A DNA stretch of 64,000 nucleotides from Lingula anatina (Eukaryota > Animalia > Brachiopoda), in the NCBI GenBank assembly GCA_051362555.1, contig CM120644.1, forward strand, positions 11,740,567 through 11,804,566, in the 5' to 3' direction. How positions within the stretch are numbered: position 1 is the first letter of the stretch; the number at the start of each line of letters is the position of its first letter. Of the stretch, positions 50,999-64,000 are shown one piece after another. Under the pieces are notes generated by a model. That model searched no databases and had not been told where the DNA came from. It was given only the letters and a program-made list of their open reading frames with translations. Position numbers and translations under genes: made by a program.

Positions 50999-53630
50999 TT
51001 TGGCTTTTCATCCTTTGTGACCCATAGGAAAGAATGAATCTTAGTAAAAATGGTCAGCTGCAAACTGACATCAAAATTTCATAATTTATCAATGTATTTT
51101 AGGTTCTAGGTTCTACATTTTCGGCAACAAAATAACATGTGTAATCTGATAATATTGTGTCTTACCAATGCCCATCAACTCTTGATAACCAGTTTCCACA
51201 AGCTTGGAATTATCGCTGGGGACCATTCTTGGAGTCCAGTCTCGTAGTGCAGCGATATCTCCAGCGCAAAACTGACTAGCCACTTAACAATTAAAGAAAA
51301 AAGTTTAAAATGTCTCCATAAAAATGAGCAGACGCTTTTCCCTAATTACAAATAAACAACGATGTACTGATTACAGCTTGAGAACAGAGTAAAAGAATTT
51401 AACACTCTAATCAAAAGAGACTTTAAAAAATGGAATATTGGTTCCTAATTACAAAAGTATATACTGACCGCGGGGGGGGGGGGGGCACACAACTGCAACG
51501 CTAGGGGGTATTTAGCATCACTGATAATTCTTTACTTTTCAAGATAAAGAAAACGTAATATTCACATCCCACAATATCGTCTTGATAGGGGAGCTCGTGT
51601 GCTTGGTGTTGAGAGATGTTTTAATGGACCGAGCTTATGTATTAGGGAGAACGCATTTTTGTCTGTAAAATGGTAGCGTCATCTTAAACTAAAATTCTTA
51701 CAGATGGGTACATTTACTGTTCATTTGCCTCACCTGTAGCATTATTTACAATTCCATCTCTAAATACAGGTAGTACGGTGTTGAACAGCTCTATGTCATC
51801 GTCTCCAGGGTAACGGTATCCATGGCGATTTAGATGCCAAATCATGATAGGATTGCAACCTAGAGATACGTTTAAATCGTACGGTATACTACGGCTTTAA
51901 AATGCAGCATTGTCATATATTTCTGTCTTAACGTCACCCAAAACTATATACATGTTTGCACTTAAATTTTATTAGTGATTCCTAAAAACGAGATAACCGT
52001 CAAATAAGAGTATCTGATGTTGATATTTATTTATCAATTTTGAAAAAGCAGGAAAACATGGCCCTGGATGGGCCGGCTGAATATGACCCTGAAAAATGTT
52101 TGTATTTTAGAAGGCGAGCGGTGCCATTTGGTACGGTTTAGAACTATGATTCAGCTAGTCAAAGTTCTAAGAGGGGACCTTTGATGTGATTTTCTTTAGA
52201 AATCGAAGATGGGGTCAGGACCCCCCGGACACCCCCTCTAAATTCGCCACTGAATAATGTGCCAGTGTAACAAAAGTGAGGGTCCATGTAACAGAAAGTC
52301 CGCCACCCATTTACTTGTAACCCAGCAAATACATAACGTTATTATAACGTAACCATAACGTTAATTTTACCAAAAAAAAACGTTATGGCCACGTTATGGT
52401 AAAGTTATAAAACGTTCTATGCTTGCAGGGTAACGTTCTATGCTTCAACTCAGTTGAAAATGACCATCTATCTAGCTAGAGACATATCTGTGAATATCTG
52501 TAAAAATCTATCACTCACCCTGGTAGAGGGTACTTTCAGGGAATGGTTAGGGTAAATCGGACCTACTAGTATGTGGGCCAATCTCTAGGAGGGCGCATGG
52601 GCCTATACCTGTACAAATGAATGGGAAGCGGACTCTCTGTCATGGGGGCTCTCTGACACGTTACGCCGGTATGTCACAAGACACGCTACATAGTCATTCA
52701 ACAAAGATAAGATGTGATATATGTGTAACAATGAGACAGACACTCGATCTTTGAACATGATAAGTGCATTAAGTAAATAAACGAAAATTAGACGCTGGTG
52801 CTTCAAGTCGCATCATTTACGTTAAACATTTATATAGCAAATTTATTACTGGTTATATCTAAGCTTTCTTTTAATCACGAAGGTATACGCCATATCAAAA
52901 CCGTTGACAGAATCACGATCCATAAACCCGATTTTGTGTTAATTTTTTTTATAGTTTTTGAGCCAGCTTCCTCCCCAACTTCAAAGGTGCTTACTTCCCC
53001 GTTCCCATAAATCAGTATAACGGGCAAATCGAAACAAAAGCAACTCATTTTAAAAACCCTATGCTCTACCAATTATAGCAAACTTGTCCTCGTCCACCGT
53101 TTTATATTTTCTTATGTCGCTCAGCAAAAATTCTTTAGCTTTGAACCGCAATCACACCCTCTGCCAAGACCATAGATTGATGTTCACAAGATATTCACAA
53201 ATGTTCCTAGCTTATTCATGACAATTTTTACTACTGTCCAACATGAATTTTGACATGGAATTAATTCCATCACTCAGTAGGCCTATAGTATGGAGCACCC
53301 CCTTCCCAGAATCACGATTCATAAACCCTGAGCGAAATCCTGAACGCGCAAGCGCTCACATACAGGACGAGGAATTAATCGACCCTTCGCCCGTCCTTTC
53401 CTTGGACATCTACTCGAGGACAACTGCTCACCTTGCTCCACCGAGTCGGTATTCCTTGTTACACTTCCATTCCAATTCGCCGGTATCTCCTCGAAGGCCG
53501 TCTTGGAACCGTATAACCGATATGGGGATTTCTCAGAGGTGTAACACGGCACCTGCTCAGTGTTTAAGCTCAGAAAGCAAGAGAGGAACCCCACAACCAA
53601 AGCCAAGGTGAATCTCGAGGTTACTGCCAT
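47964..53630 (-). CDS. MINPP1: Multiple inositol polyphosphate phosphatase (histidine acid phosphatase), 8 exons
   Basis: Exons 53630-53432, 51859-51734, 51282-51166, 50562-50419, 50073-49961, 49657-49543, 48912-48675, 48417-47964. Signal peptide, YGSKTAF, catalytic RHGYRYP, ERTKMSAKAF, LLRFYDVC, PWCSLF, LGLFKD, MASNINFV. Confidence 0.88.
50701..50935 (+). mobile_element. Helentron-associated non-autonomous element (HINE/DINE-like)
   Basis: Subterminal inverted repeats cctccgccaagg ... ccttggcggagg, a (gtct)n microsatellite, a 3' stem-loop gcgctctcggagtgc, and T-rich ends. Confidence 0.7.
52318..52432. mobile_element. Small MITE with internal AACGTT repeats
   Basis: Termini cccagcaaata ... 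tgcttgcaggg-ta. Same family as 25166-25260. Confidence 0.55.
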
Positions 53631-56036
53631 TTTGTGATAAATGACGCTTCTTTCTCGCTAGTATAATGTTTTTTTAAAGGAGAAACCGCAAAGATGTAAT
53701 CTCGCCTGTTGCTGTTACGTTGTGGTCTGTCGCGTATGACGTCACACAGGTCGAACCAACGCAGGTTTTAGGTCCTGGATCAGAAGACAAGCGCAAAATA
53801 ACGCATATCGTTAATCATCGTTAAGTTCATCAACAGTAACCATCTCTAAGGCACAACACAGTGAGGTTATATACCCAACAACACATTGTTTACCTTCGTG
53901 TTAGTAGTTATCGAGGACCACCCTGTGTGTCAAAGGTCACTGTAAACTCATCACGTAAACGTATCAGCAGTGACCTCTGTTAACGTAAAGTAGGCCTTCT
54001 CTCTGACCGCAGGGTGCGCTAGTAGTCTTTTTACACCGATACTTTACTTACGTATACTACATTTCTGTATTTTAGAGGTCCCTTATATCAGAGGGTAAAC
54101 AAGAGAGCACAAACCTGGGAATTCGACTAAACTGTAGACATGCAGGTATGCATGTATCTACATGTATGATATATATATATGGCAACGACCTACGCAGGAG
54201 GCGGAGTTATATGGCGTGCGGGCTTTACCTCGGGCACAAATGAATAAATTTAGCGCACACCATGTACACGGTACCTATAATATATGTCCAAACCAAGGTA
54301 ATAAATTTAAGCGTTGCTCAAAATATATGTTATTATTATTATCATTATTATTATTATTTTACTAAACATGATAAGAATGACATTAATAGGGTAAACTGGG
54401 CCAATTTATAGTATGTACCGTTATTTATAGCCAAGACTTAAAAAGTCTTTTCTGAATTAAATTTTCTTTGTTTTACAATTATGTATGTTGGCTAAAACGG
54501 GAGTGAACGTAGGTTGGGAATTGATACAATACTATAAAAATAGTTATAATTTTCAACGATAATTCTGGATAAATAGTGGTGCTGACCAGCCCATGTAACA
54601 TTTTGCCCTGGACCGTGGCCTCTGGATTTTGTTAAACGGTCAAAATAAATTTACGAAAAGAAGAGCTTTTGGTTTAATGTACTGCAATGGCGGATTAATG
54701 GAGGGGAGGGGGGGGGCAAAACAAGAACGTGTTCTATATTTGCCGAGTAAAGTGATCAAGATAACGTTTTGTCCTTGTTCTTCACGCTACAAGACACCCG
54801 TAGCAAAACCGTACCATGGATCCTCGGCGCATTACTCACAAAACAGAAAATCCACATGTACCTGTATGTCATACTGCTACTATAGAGCTATAACTTTTTT
54901 CTCTAAAATATTAATATGAACGTAAGTTGCAGAAGCACCTGTTCGTCAATACATCCAAGTTGCTATTGCTACGTACTTGGACCTCACAACTGCTAGACAG
55001 CATCTGCGGAACACAAAGTATTATACTTCCTCTCTCTAATGGGCCAACCCGCTTCTGCTGCTGTCCAAAAATGTCCAATGAGTTACTGTAGGTGACACGA
55101 CACAACAAGAAGGGTAAATCCATATATTATAACGCCTGCATTAGCCACTTGTGCAAAACATGCAGACGCTCACATTATTAGCACACAGCGTTCGTGTTTT
55201 CTCAGATTTGTGTTTTCTCATTCGTTTTACACTAGAGAGAGCGCATGGTTGGAAAAAATGGTTTAATGATAATGTTCGTGAAGGGGACAATCGATACAGA
55301 TTTAGCAATAACAAGAAATATACGGTCTACGTGTTCGTTTCTAAAGCCTCTTATTGTTCATTCATCTTCTTTTACATTTAAGAAATTGTATATTGAATAA
55401 CAATGTAGAAAGCTGAAACGCATACAATATTTACACATCATTTCAGACACAAGTATGAACAGTTTAAAGCAATCCATTTTAACCACTTAAATTAACAATA
55501 ATCAATATAGTAAATACTTATTCAGACGGTAAAGTATCAGGACGATTTTGCAATGTCGATTAAAAAACTGCTTCGCTCCCTCTCCTTCAGTTATCCTGAG
55601 ATTATGAACGTCTTACATTTACCCTTTGCAAAGGTCACAGGTTTTACTACATGTTCACATATATTTCTCTAGCTATTCACTACTAACTGTGCACATTTCA
55701 GTTAAATGATCAGGTAAGATTTATTCACAATTAGGTCACCTCAGAGTCAGCGTCTGGTGGGAGAAACAAACATGTTACTATAAGTATCAAGCAAGTCTTT
55801 TCCAGTCATATGGTTTCTGACCTGTACGGTAAATACTGGTCAGCATTCCATGGGATTTTTTCCATGTCTGTGTAAATTGTATTTTATGGGATATCCACCG
55901 CAGTACAATGAATTAGCTGAATTAAAATTACAACGGTAAAATTTATTTACCGTCGCGCAAGGAAATCTACTTTAAAAATAATTTACCACTCTAGTAAAAA
56001 ATTAATGACAAGAATTTTGGTTATTCTTCTACATCA

Positions 56037-56589
56037 TCACAGTGGTCTCGACCTCTTCTTATACCTAATAACAGGTTTATAAGGCGTGTGGATCATGGTG
56101 GTATAATTCACTGAGGGGAAATACCCATCCACCAGGTCGAATTCATATTTTCGAAGCAGGACGGACCATATCGTTTTGATCTGGGCATAGGCGAACATTT
56201 CCCCAATACAGCGGTGGCGTCCAGCTCCGAAGGGAATGTAGGCAAACTTTTCACTGTTGGAAGTTTCGTCGGAGAGAAACCTGTAGCAGAAGGAAAAGAG
56301 AGGTGAAAAAAGTGTATGTGGTGCTGGTTTCATGGTCTAGAAAGCAAAGGAATGTATAAACATTGAAACACCTTGCGCAAATTGCATTTTTTTCATGATA
56401 AAAAGATATAATAAAATTGACACATTTATAAAATATTTAAAGATATAGTAAATCGAACATTTTATAAAATACATAAGGACACTGAAAGTATTAATTAATC
56501 AATTTAAAATATTTTACATCAGGCATAAATTAAGATAATTAACTGCACTGAAACCAATGACGTATAAAACCCGTCTGACAGTGTGTGTG

Positions 56590-56624
<35 letters not shown>

Positions 56625-59600
56625 CTACTGGCTACCTGTCAGGTCTAAACTGGTCATTGTCCTGTCCCCATTGGTCTTTGAGGCTGTGGTTGACAGTTGG
56701 TGACACACATACCTGGTGACCTGGGGGTATTGTGTATCCTTTCACTTTCTACAATATAATATCATAGGCACAAAATTACTGGTAACATGGAGAATAGTTT
56801 TAAATGCAATTTCAAAAGTGAAAGTCAAAGTGCAAGACTATTTGGACAGGTTTTTAATTTCTGAACTTCAAAAAGACTTAAAAGAAGAGAAATGTATTGC
56901 TATTATGCAAAACATAGTCATTAAGAGCAGAAAATGTTTACTATTATACAAATTCAACTGTTCAATTACATTGATCAAAATACCTAAAATATTTTGCAAC
57001 ACCTTATCTTAGAGAACATTTGGATAAACCCATCGCACTAACTGGATCAATCCAACTCTGCCAGAGATTCTCCCCGAGTGCAATCATGTCTGACACACCT
57101 CCAACTGCTGGGGGGGGGGGGGGGGGGGGATGTATGTAGCCAAGTGCGCAAGAACCCCTTGCTACTCAAGAAAGCACGTAAGACATTTAAGCAGATTACA
57201 CCGAATGCAAATTACCTAGAATCCCCTGCAAAGTTGGATCGATTCAGCTGGCACGATGTTTGAATTTGAACTATGAATTTAATTTAATCCTCTACTTTTA
57301 CCTGTGGAGTTTTGCACTCTCTCATAACCACCATAATAGGAGGTCTGAGCCTAAGAGTCTCCTTCAGACACCTGTCCAGGAAGGTGAGGTCCTTCAACTG
57401 GTCATACTGTAATGGGGGCAGGTCTGACCCACACACTGACACCTGCTCTTCATATAATTGGTCCTAAAGAGAAAAGAATTAAATACATGCACACGATTTA
57501 AAAAAAAAAACAGAAAATTTATGTTTTTAGAAAATTTTAAGATTGGACACATTTTAAACTTATAAAGAACGATATAATTTGACATTTTTCACTTTATTTT
57601 CAATACCATTACTTTTTTATATAAACTAATCTTTTTAACTTTGTCTTTTAATTGTCAAGTCCACAGAACAAATTTTCTGTGGATTTTACACTAAAAAAAT
57701 ATGAGTGGATCTTTAAAAAAAATACTTAAAATTCAAGCATCAAAAGTTTGCCCCAGTACAGTGTGGGGGGGGGGGGGGGGGGGTCCAGGGGGCACAAATA
57801 CAAGAGCCAAAGAGATTTGGATAATGTTTCATTCCTACATATGTATGTATCCACATACATAATACAAATTAGTGTTAACAAAAATTATTTCAAAATATTA
57901 GAAAAAATAAAATAAAATAAAAGGTACACAGTACCTGCAACATCTGTGTTGACAACATGTACAGATCGTGATGGTAACTTAATAAATAAAATGCCCAACA
58001 TAATGACCTTTTATACCCAAAAATGTATATTACACATTAATTTATCATAATTATAAATAGAAAAGAAGAATTGTATTTGACTCTCAGTTATACCTTGAAA
58101 ATAATAATATTCACAAACCTGAATATCTTTATTTTTGGCCAAGAAGAAGGCTAACCAAGCACTTGTTGTAGAAGATGTATGCTGGCCAGCCATTAAAAGT
58201 CCCAACAACATACCAGCTACTTCATCATCTGTGAGGTGACGCCCTGTTCTAAAACGAAAAATATCCAAAAATCATAAATAAATTAAATAACAAGGCAGCA
58301 AAGCTGTCAAATGTACAGACAAAAAGCAGGAAATAACTATGCACAAAATAGGCTACTGTCAATTCTGATGCAAAAGTACATTATGTTAAACTGCAAATTC
58401 AACATCAAATTTTAATTATGCTCAACAGGTAATACCAATGTAAGTAAAATGTGTAACAAGCATAAGGCTTCAGGCCCATGGGAGTTCAAGTTCACACTTT
58501 GAAAATGTATAACTTCCAGAAAAAGAAGCCAATTAGACTGCTTTTCCAACTCAGGCTGCATTTTAGTCCTGTATTTCTTTTCTGAACGTTTGGCAATCAT
58601 CAGTAACATGGTTTTCCCATAATGGTCATCATGGCAGCAGCACCCAAAATTGTGTTTTCTTCTATTCTGATGCAATATTACATAGTGGTTAACAGCATAA
58701 TGACCGTCAATTTTTAATAATAAAATATACGTATCATGGATTTTCAGAAAATGTGACTAGCATGGGTCTTCAAGCCCATGGAACTTCAAAGTCACACCTT
58801 GAAAATGCCAATATGTGAAAAATTAAATTTTCACAAAAAAAAATGTTTAACTAGCAGAAAGAATTACCAAACAGACTGCATTGCCTACTGAAGCTGTATT
58901 TTAGTCCCATGTTTCTTTCCTGTAAGTTTGAGAACAGTAAGTGACATGATTTTTCTTAAATGGTCATCATGGGAGCAGTGCCCAAAATATTTTTTTTCCA
59001 AATTTTGATGCAATATTACATAACGTTTAACAGCATAATGACCATCAAATTTTAATAATAAAATATTAGTATTATGGATATTCAGAAAATGTGACTAGCA
59101 AAGGTCTTCAGGCCCATGGAACTTCAAAGTCACAACTTGAAAATGCCAAAATGTGAAACAAGACAGCACTATTCTGAAATGGGTGTATTTCCAGGGGCGG
59201 ATCCAGAGTTATTTTCTGACAGTCTTCCAATTTATCTTTGTTGATCCATCCTCCATTTTTGACCGTCTTCCGACAGAAAAAATTACATACCCGTCAATGT
59301 AAACTTGAAAATCTGACCGTCTTCCAGAAGACCCAGAAGACGCCCTAAATCCGCCCCTGATTTCCATTTTTAACACTTTTTTAACATAAAACAAAATTAA
59401 CAGTTTACTGCCATTTTTATATGATCAACTAAGAAAATTGATGAGATGTGAAAAATATCAATAGAACAGTGTCAAATGTCCAATTTCCTCCATTCTGAGT
59501 TTCTGAACATAGTGAATGATTGAATCTTACAAACTGCAATGATATGAGTTTATTTCCATTTTTGACACCTTATTACACAATACACGATTACAAGTTTACC

Positions 59601-62600
59601 ATCATTTTTACGTAATCAACTAACAATGTTGTAAAGATGCAGGAAATGTCAAACAAACACTTTTACGTATCTTATTAATTAAATAATGAGACTGTTAACA
59701 TGCCTAAGAATTGAATCTAAGGAAATGTGAAAAAACAGCATAACTTATAAAACAATGGTCCGATTATGCTGATTTTCGAACTTGACCTGCGTTTTAATAA
59801 GATTGATTACTCCTGTGAGTTTCATGACAACAGGCCTATCAGTTTTCCTTGAAATGTGTTAACAGTGTTGCATATATGCTGAAAAGTGAAAAAACAGCAT
59901 AACTATTAAAATAGTGGCCCGATCATGCCGATTTTCGAACTTGATCTGCGTTTTAGTAAGATTGATTACTCCTGTGAGTTTCATGACAACAGGCCTATCA
60001 GTTTTCCTTGAAATGTGTTAACAGTGTTGCATATATGCTGAAAAGTGAAAAAACAGCATAAATTATACAATAATGGCCTGATCATGCTGATTTTCGAACT
60101 TGACCTGTGTTTTATGAATATTCATCAGCTCTGTAAATATAAAGCCAAAAAGTAAAACTGTCTTCCACTTATGGTGTTAACGCTGATAGTGCACGGCGAC
60201 GGCGACATGATCGGCGACGGCGACGGCGACGACAGACGCAGGTGATGGCAATATGTACAGACACATCTGTGTCTGTACATAATAAAAATATGATGGGATC
60301 TTGTTTTGAACTTGACCCTTTTAGGATAGAGAAAAATAACCTTAAATGATAACACTGCTTCCCAATTACAAGAGCAATGTAGGACATAGTTTCAACTTTG
60401 GCAACACAGACAAACATCACTTTCAAAGACAAGATATTATAATTTAAGGGTGCATTCCCAGGGATTAAGATCGATCCAGAGATTTAAATTTAGATCAATC
60501 TAACTCCATGGGGGTTCACGCAAAAATGCAGTCAGCCGAGTGGACACCATAGTTAATTACCCCCTTACAACTTTTAGTATGCGGAACAGACGCTTTAGCC
60601 AGCTAAGCTGACAGAAAATATAATCTAGTGAGACTCCCCACAAGGATAGATCGATCTAAAATCTATGGGAATGGGGTCTAAGTGTTTTTGCTAACTTTAA
60701 AATGTCATTTAATGCCTAACCTGTGCTACAAATAATTTCAAAGATCACCATTCAGCACGTGTTTAATAGTCAGTCACTTACTTATAAGTAGAGTCCAGTA
60801 GAGTCTGCAGCATGTCATCCTCTTTTTCCTGGGACTCTCGCCTTTTAGCAATGGCCTTGTAGAACACCTGCTTAATGGCTTTGTGAGCTGCATCCCTTTT
60901 TCTATAAATATCAAAAAGTACTTACTTTAAATCACAGAATCTGATCCAGAGGAAGGAAGAGAGAACCACTATTTTATGAAAGAATCAGTTGGAGGGAATA
61001 TCAATTAGAGAAAAGTTTTTGCTTCCAACCTTTCTTTTTCTTCATCTCTTCATTACATAATCCTAATATATCTTATATAAATGGTTGATTTCCTTATTGT
61101 ACAGATTACTGATTTTTTTCTTATTTCTGGTGAAAGAACAATTCAATTTAAAACATTTGCCCTCCCCTACTTTTATTCCTATCCCCCAGTAAATGAGATT
61201 TAATCGTTTAAATTTATAATTTTTGTTTGTTAAATTCAAAGGTATACCTAAAGCTGGGGAGTGGCAGCCATCCAGGTAAAAGCCAAGCTGCATGGCTGAA
61301 CCCACCATCTAAATCAGAATACAGCTGTGCTACTTCCTCATTTAGCACTGATCTGATCTCTTTTCCTGATAAAAAGACAAAAATTTATTACACTTCCTCA
61401 TTTAGCAATCTTCTGATATTTCTTATTGGAAATTAGAAAAAATATTTTGAAAGCAAAACCACAGTGACTTTTATTTCAGAATTTATAATTACTGAATGAT
61501 TTCATTTCTGTCAAATGATATGGTATGAGAAATGATCATTATTTTAATTAAAATGTCAACCTAGCGGTATAGGACAACAAATATTTTATCTATATAGAAA
61601 GACTGCATTGATATAATCAGGACAACAAATATTTTCTCTATATAGAAAGACTGCATTAATATAATCAAACTGTTTTAAGAAAAATTATACCATGTAAGCA
61701 GCGACTGGCAGTTAAGATGATCAGCTCTGACAGAGCTACAAATATATCTGAAAGGGGAAAAAAGAAGAGAAAAAGATTTATATTAATTTCGAAATAACGT
61801 CTTTAATTTATACCTTTTACATAACCTTTATAACATGGAACTGTGAAAATATCAAATTAGCCCCACATTTTAACTTTGCAGATTTGACGATTATCTATCT
61901 TTTTGTCTGTCTGGTTGTCTGTCCATCTGTCTCCCTGTATGAAGTCATGAAAAATGCTTACTCAACATTATGCTTTGGTCCCACCAAAATATAAGATAAG
62001 GGTGAATAATACGCAATCATGATCATTTACTGACATATTTATTTCATGAGTATCTTTTACTAATAAAAAATTAAGATAAAATAAATTGTATATTTCACCT
62101 CTCTCTCCTGCATCTCCCCATCTTTTGAAATATTCCACTGTCTCTTCTTCTATCATAGGGACATGTTGCTTGAAACGGGCAATGTTCAGACCAGTCTTAA
62201 ACATCTTTTTCTGCTCTAGGAAAATCTGGAAATTCCACCATTAATTTGTCCATTTTTTCACAAATTAAATGTTGCACACTTATTTTAGTCAATCTGCATT
62301 ACAGATGTTTCAGGCCTTTTTTTATGATATGAAATTTTTTTACTAACATTAAAAATAAGAGAAAACAATCATAATTTTTTCACACATTTACACAAATAGC
62401 AAAGAAAATATAATGTCAGAGAATGTTTAAAAAAGCAAGTGTTTTAAAAGTGCCCTGATCACCCTGAACTTCCAACTCACATGATTGGGGACATCATATG
62501 CCACTCCTCTTCCAAACACAGGTGTTGTCAACTTGCTGTAGACCTCCTCCGCATTCAAGTTTTCATTCTTGCTGTTAAACAGCAGTGCTGATGCCTCAGA

Positions 62601-63571
62601 TCCTACCAGAAATGTAAATGTCTTCCCCACCATTGTGAAGCTGAAGACAGGGCCATGCTGGTAGAAAGAAATGAGTACTGTATGTATATAATAATAATAA
62701 TAATAATAATAATAGTTTCTCAAATGGCACATTCAATTAAAACCTCCATATACCCTGTGGAAAAAAAAGCTAAAATGTACAAAAACACTTATCAAAAGTA
62801 TCAAATTACAATCTAAGAGCTACTAATCATAGTATACTTACTACCATCTGTTCGTAATGTGTGTGAGTGGATGCTCCGTGCAAGTGCGGATGCATGCATA
62901 CCAGTACCTGTACGTATGTGTGTGCATGTGTACTAGTATGTGTGCATGTGTGTAATGTATTTGCACATGCATGCCAAAAGTGTTCTCCATTATTCACAGT
63001 CACTGTTTATATTATTTTACTTGAACTTGTGAAGCTGTAGTAATAGTATGGTATTATACAAATTTGTGAGTACCTTTTCATAAGCCTCTGTTAGGAACTC
63101 GAGAGGGCGCTGGCCAAAACTGACAGCTTGACCAAGCCATGGGATGCTGGACGGTACTTCAGGTGGAAGATTTTCCTGAAAATAATGATTTTGAAAATAA
63201 GCATACACTTCTAAATCTTTGTAAAGTTTTTGGATAAATTACGTAACATATAAATTTTAATTAAGATGGAAATGCCTAGTATTAATTCTACATTCCGTAC
63301 TGTACATAAACTGCATATTTCAATATTGCACAGTAATTCAGAAAATGTCATGACATTTTAACTGATATTCAAACCGTGCCTATGATGAGGGGATGGGTGG
63401 ATGGGGGTTGGGGGGTACATGTATCACGCCGTTCCCACTCACCGGTTTCTTTTCCAACAAACTCTTGAACATGTAGGCAACGACCAAAATCACCACTGCT
63501 GTGACTAAGACCAACGTCGTAGGGCTAAAATCCTGGATTCGATCCATGGTCGTGTCTACAAAGGTGCTCAT
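56037..63571 (-). CDS. CYP51: Lanosterol/sterol 14-alpha demethylase, 11 exons, 492 aa
   Basis: Exons 63571-63443, 63175-63074, 62657-62481, 62225-62099, 61747-61691, 61365-61248, 60901-60782, 58248-58119, 57463-57302, 56748-56636, 56280-56037. Motifs [55 protein letters not shown]. Confidence 0.97.
58440..59160. repeat. Degenerate ~300-340-bp tandem duplication in a CYP51 intron
   Basis: The block cttcaggcccatggaacttcaaagtcaca..ttgaaaatg recurs at about 58467, 58765 and 59103 with collinear flanks. Confidence 0.8.
59192..59359. mobile_element. 168-bp MITE with 5-bp TSD
   Basis: Same element as 40627-40794; perfect TSD atttc at 59187-59191 and 59360-59364. Confidence 0.85.
59729..60240. repeat. 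159-bp satellite-like array (~2.5 units) followed by a (CGGCGA)n microsatellite, probably inside a Helentron-type element
   Basis: Unit starts gaaaaaacagcat at 59729, 59888 and 60047. Conserved box gattttcgaacttgacct. Microsatellite at about 60194-60237. Confidence 0.75.
60448..60678. mobile_element. MITE with TAA TSD, PIF/Harbinger-like
   Basis: taa-gggtgcattccca ... tgggaatggggtc-taa with internal gatcgatc boxes. Related to 15754-15977. Confidence 0.6.
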
Positions 63572-63604
63572 GGTAGCCTCGTTAATTCTGTCTCAGTTTT
63601 TGAG

Positions 63605-63960
63605 CAAAAAAATCAGGTGACAGAAAACTGGGAGAAGTGACATTGAGGGGAATCCTCGTATCGCCTGATTCACCTGATGCCCTAGAGCACATTGCATGTC
63701 TGAGTATTCATCCGCAACTTTTTCATAAATAGATCTCAATCAAAAACAATTTCACTTCAAAAATGATATAGGCATGTAAATAAAAGACAAAACATCTTAA
63801 GCGATTTTCTTCTTATTTCTTTTGAAGTGTTTTAAGGCAAACAACATACGATTTTTATTGGGGAATCCCTTATGCGGAAGAATTTTCTTAAAATTAGGTC
63901 AAAGTAACCAGCCGCTCAAGAAAAATTCTGATTGGTTGAATTCACATGGTCCAATCTGTC
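63605..63960 (-). promoter_or_regulatory. Candidate SREBP/NF-Y sites upstream of CYP51
   Basis: TCACCTGAT motifs at about 63612-63620 (minus strand) and 63670-63678; CCAAT boxes at 63928-63937 (ctgattggtt) and about 63951. Confidence 0.35.
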
Positions 63961-64000
63961 GTCTAGCGGGGGTAAATCCTAACATTTCAAATAGGTCAAT

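Noticed and set aside
52519-52608. Extra MINPP1 exon (good acceptor and GTGAGT donor on the minus strand)
   Set aside because: It contains an in-frame TAA in the required phase, and exon 1 joins 51859 in phase without it. At most a poison exon, and unsupported.
47008-57783. Poly-G runs (about 47008, 51472, 57109, 57764) as functional G-quadruplexes
   Set aside because: Simple homopolymers in introns or intergenic DNA, with nothing else pointing to function.
61570-61670. 49-bp direct duplication in a CYP51 intron (a similar one lies at about 18920-18996)
   Set aside because: Ordinary local tandem duplications with no sign of function.

Overview
AT-rich, intron-containing animal DNA with GT-AG introns, microsatellites and many small non-autonomous transposons. 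An intact CYP51 argues against an arthropod or nematode; the repeat types suggest a marine invertebrate, probably a lophotrochozoan (inference). I assembled 11 genes by hand from splice sites and reading frames. Four are intronless stand-alone HHxxxDG acyltransferase/condensation-like genes: three tandem on the minus strand and one diverged copy head-to-head. The others are a 2-hydroxyacid oxidase, a BHMT-family methyltransferase with a GC-AG intron, SH3BP5, ACMSD, a clan-2 P450 with an altered heme loop, a MINPP1-like phosphatase with a GPI-like tail, and CYP51. Ten of the 11 encode small-molecule enzymes and several have substitutions at specificity or catalytic positions. The best candidates for something new are the expanded acyltransferase array and the possibility that it belongs to an animal metabolic gene cluster. 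No database searches were run; family calls rest on recognised motifs.
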